The notes beneath the pieces were generated by a model, which had not been told where the DNA came from, did no database searches, and saw only the letters and a program-made list of their open reading frames with translations. Both the position numbers and the translations under genes were made by a program. Shown one piece after another: positions 14,925 through 16,034 of a stretch of 16,034 bases of DNA. How positions within the stretch are numbered: the stretch's first letter is position 1; each line of letters starts with the position of its first letter. The DNA is from an uncultured Desulfobacteraceae bacterium (GTDB lineage Bacteria > Desulfobacterota > Desulfobacteria > Desulfobacterales > 4572-123): positions 1-16,034 of the forward strand of contig CAYQNS010000082.1 in NCBI GenBank assembly GCA_964418755.1. Reading direction: 5' to 3'.

Positions 14925-16034
14925 ATGATTGATTTAAACCCGAGAGAAAGACAGCCAGACCCCGGACCCAAAAAAATAAACAATGACCCAAGGGCATTGG
15001 CGCGGAGATCCAAGGCCGTGGCCGAAGCGGAGCGGATAGAGTTTGCACCCGAATCTGGAAAACTTCGATCAGCGGTACTGTCCCTTAAATCTTTCTGTAA
15101 TTTGTCAATTTCACCTAAAAAAATATTCCTCGCCCCGTGGCTGGCTGAAATGATGATCATTTTAATCACTGGTTACAGGGGAACCGGGAAAACTTGGTTT
15201 GTCCTTGGCTTATTGGTGGCGATTGCAAGCGGGCAGGACTTCGGGCCGTGGGTGTCTATGGGGGCGGGGGCCTGCCTATACCTTGATGGTGAAATGGTCG
15301 TTTCCGACGTCCAGGACAGGTTGAAAGCGCTTTGTGCAGACGTATCCCTTCAACAGCCGTTATATGTCTATTCTGAGGCATACGCGAACCAATTAGGGCT
15401 AAAGCGGGCAAACCTGCTTAATGAAGAGTGGCGGGATTCTGTCAAAAAAATCCTGTTAAGTCTAAAAATCAAGGTTTTTTGTATAGATAACATATCGAGC
15501 CTATCCCCTGGGGCTGATGAAAACTCGAAGCAAGACTGGGCGCCGGTCAATTCATGGTTGCTCGAACTGCGATTTGCAGGGATCACCACAATACTCTTGC
15601 ACCATACCAATAAGGACGGTGGGCAGCGGGGCACGTCAGCACGCGAAGACAACATAGATACAAGCATTCTTTTAAAAAGGGCGCCTGGGTATGTTGCTGA
15701 AGACGGCGCGTCATTTGTTGTCAATTTTACAAAAAGCAGAGTTGCGACCAGGGACCTGCCAAAAATATCAGACATTAATATGAAATTATCCGAAAATCAA
15801 GACGGCAAGTTGACGTGGATTTTTAACAATTCGAAACGTCAAAATCGTGAACAAATTTTAAAATTAGCAGATAGCGGCATGGCAAAAAAAGATATTTCGG
15901 CGGAGCTTGGATGCACATTTCAGAATGTTAGCCAGACCATAAAACGATCAATTTCAGCGGGCCATTTGACGAAAAAGAATAAACTTACACAAAGTGGATT
16001 TCAGGCCATTTCGGTTATGAGCAATTGCGATTAA
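14925..16034 (+). CDS. RepA-like RecA-fold ATPase (AAA_25-type) with a C-terminal HTH
   Basis: 369 aa. Walker A is ITGYRGTGKTW, Walker B-like is KVFCIDNISSL, and the sensor region is ILLHHTNKDGGQRGTSAREDNIDT. The C-terminal ILKLADSGMAKKDISAELGCTFQNVSQTIKRS looks like a resolvase/sigma-r4-type HTH. The stop TAA falls exactly at the window end. Confidence 0.8.
   Translation: MIDLNPRERQPDPGPKKINNDPRALARRSKAVAEAERIEFAPESGKLRSAVLSLKSFCNLSISPKKIFLAPWLAEMMIILITGYRGTGKTWFVLGLLVAIASGQDFGPWVSMGAGACLYLDGEMVVSDVQDRLKALCADVSLQQPLYVYSEAYANQLGLKRANLLNEEWRDSVKKILLSLKIKVFCIDNISSLSPGADENSKQDWAPVNSWLLELRFAGITTILLHHTNKDGGQRGTSAREDNIDTSILLKRAPGYVAEDGASFVVNFTKSRVATRDLPKISDINMKLSENQDGKLTWIFNNSKRQNREQILKLADSGMAKKDISAELGCTFQNVSQTIKRSISAGHLTKKNKLTQSGFQAISVMSNCD

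Larger units (their letters stand above)
12126..16034. mobile_element. left portion of an integrated genomic island or satellite-like element inserted in tRNA-Pro (continues past the window end)
   Basis: The tRNA 3' fragment is followed by a P4/DUF4102-type integrase, an AT-rich cargo ORF, an AlpA-family gene and a RepA-like ATPase. Housekeeping genes lie only to the left of the fragment. Confidence 0.8.

Overview
This 16-kb window looks like a chromosomal segment from a deltaproteobacterium, possibly Desulfobacterales. That taxon guess rests only on the protein repertoire. It has five parts. (1) 1-3727, + strand: an envelope module made of a partial ABC ATPase, an FtsX/MacB-type permease, a LolA-like periplasmic protein and a putative outer-membrane beta-barrel. 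(2) 4083-7430, + strand: trxA, an FmdB-type zinc-ribbon protein, a 699-aa RACo-like protein (2Fe-2S ferredoxin plus ASKHA ATPase) with an extra N-terminal B-box-like Cys/His module, and a small start/stop-overlapping ORF. (3) A minus-strand housekeeping run cfa-engB-era. It is followed by a 390-bp non-coding stretch (7919-8309) holding two adjacent ~150-nt long imperfect hairpins, one built from inverted arrays of a TTAGCNN heptamer. A standalone 105-aa HNH nuclease follows. (4) A 179-aa hypothetical gene. (5) From 12126 to the window end, the left end of an integrated element: a displaced 3' fragment of tRNA-Pro(UGG) as the att remnant, a P4/DUF4102-type tyrosine integrase, an AT-rich terminator-bracketed cargo gene with an in-frame 63-bp tandem duplication, an AlpA-type excisionase/regulator and a RepA-like (AAA_25) ATPase with a C-terminal HTH. 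No CRISPR array, rRNA or intact tRNA was seen. The most unusual items are the twin hairpin region next to the HNH gene, the island with its uncharacterised cargo gene, and the B-box-RACo fusion. All family assignments come from motif recognition by eye. No database search was run.
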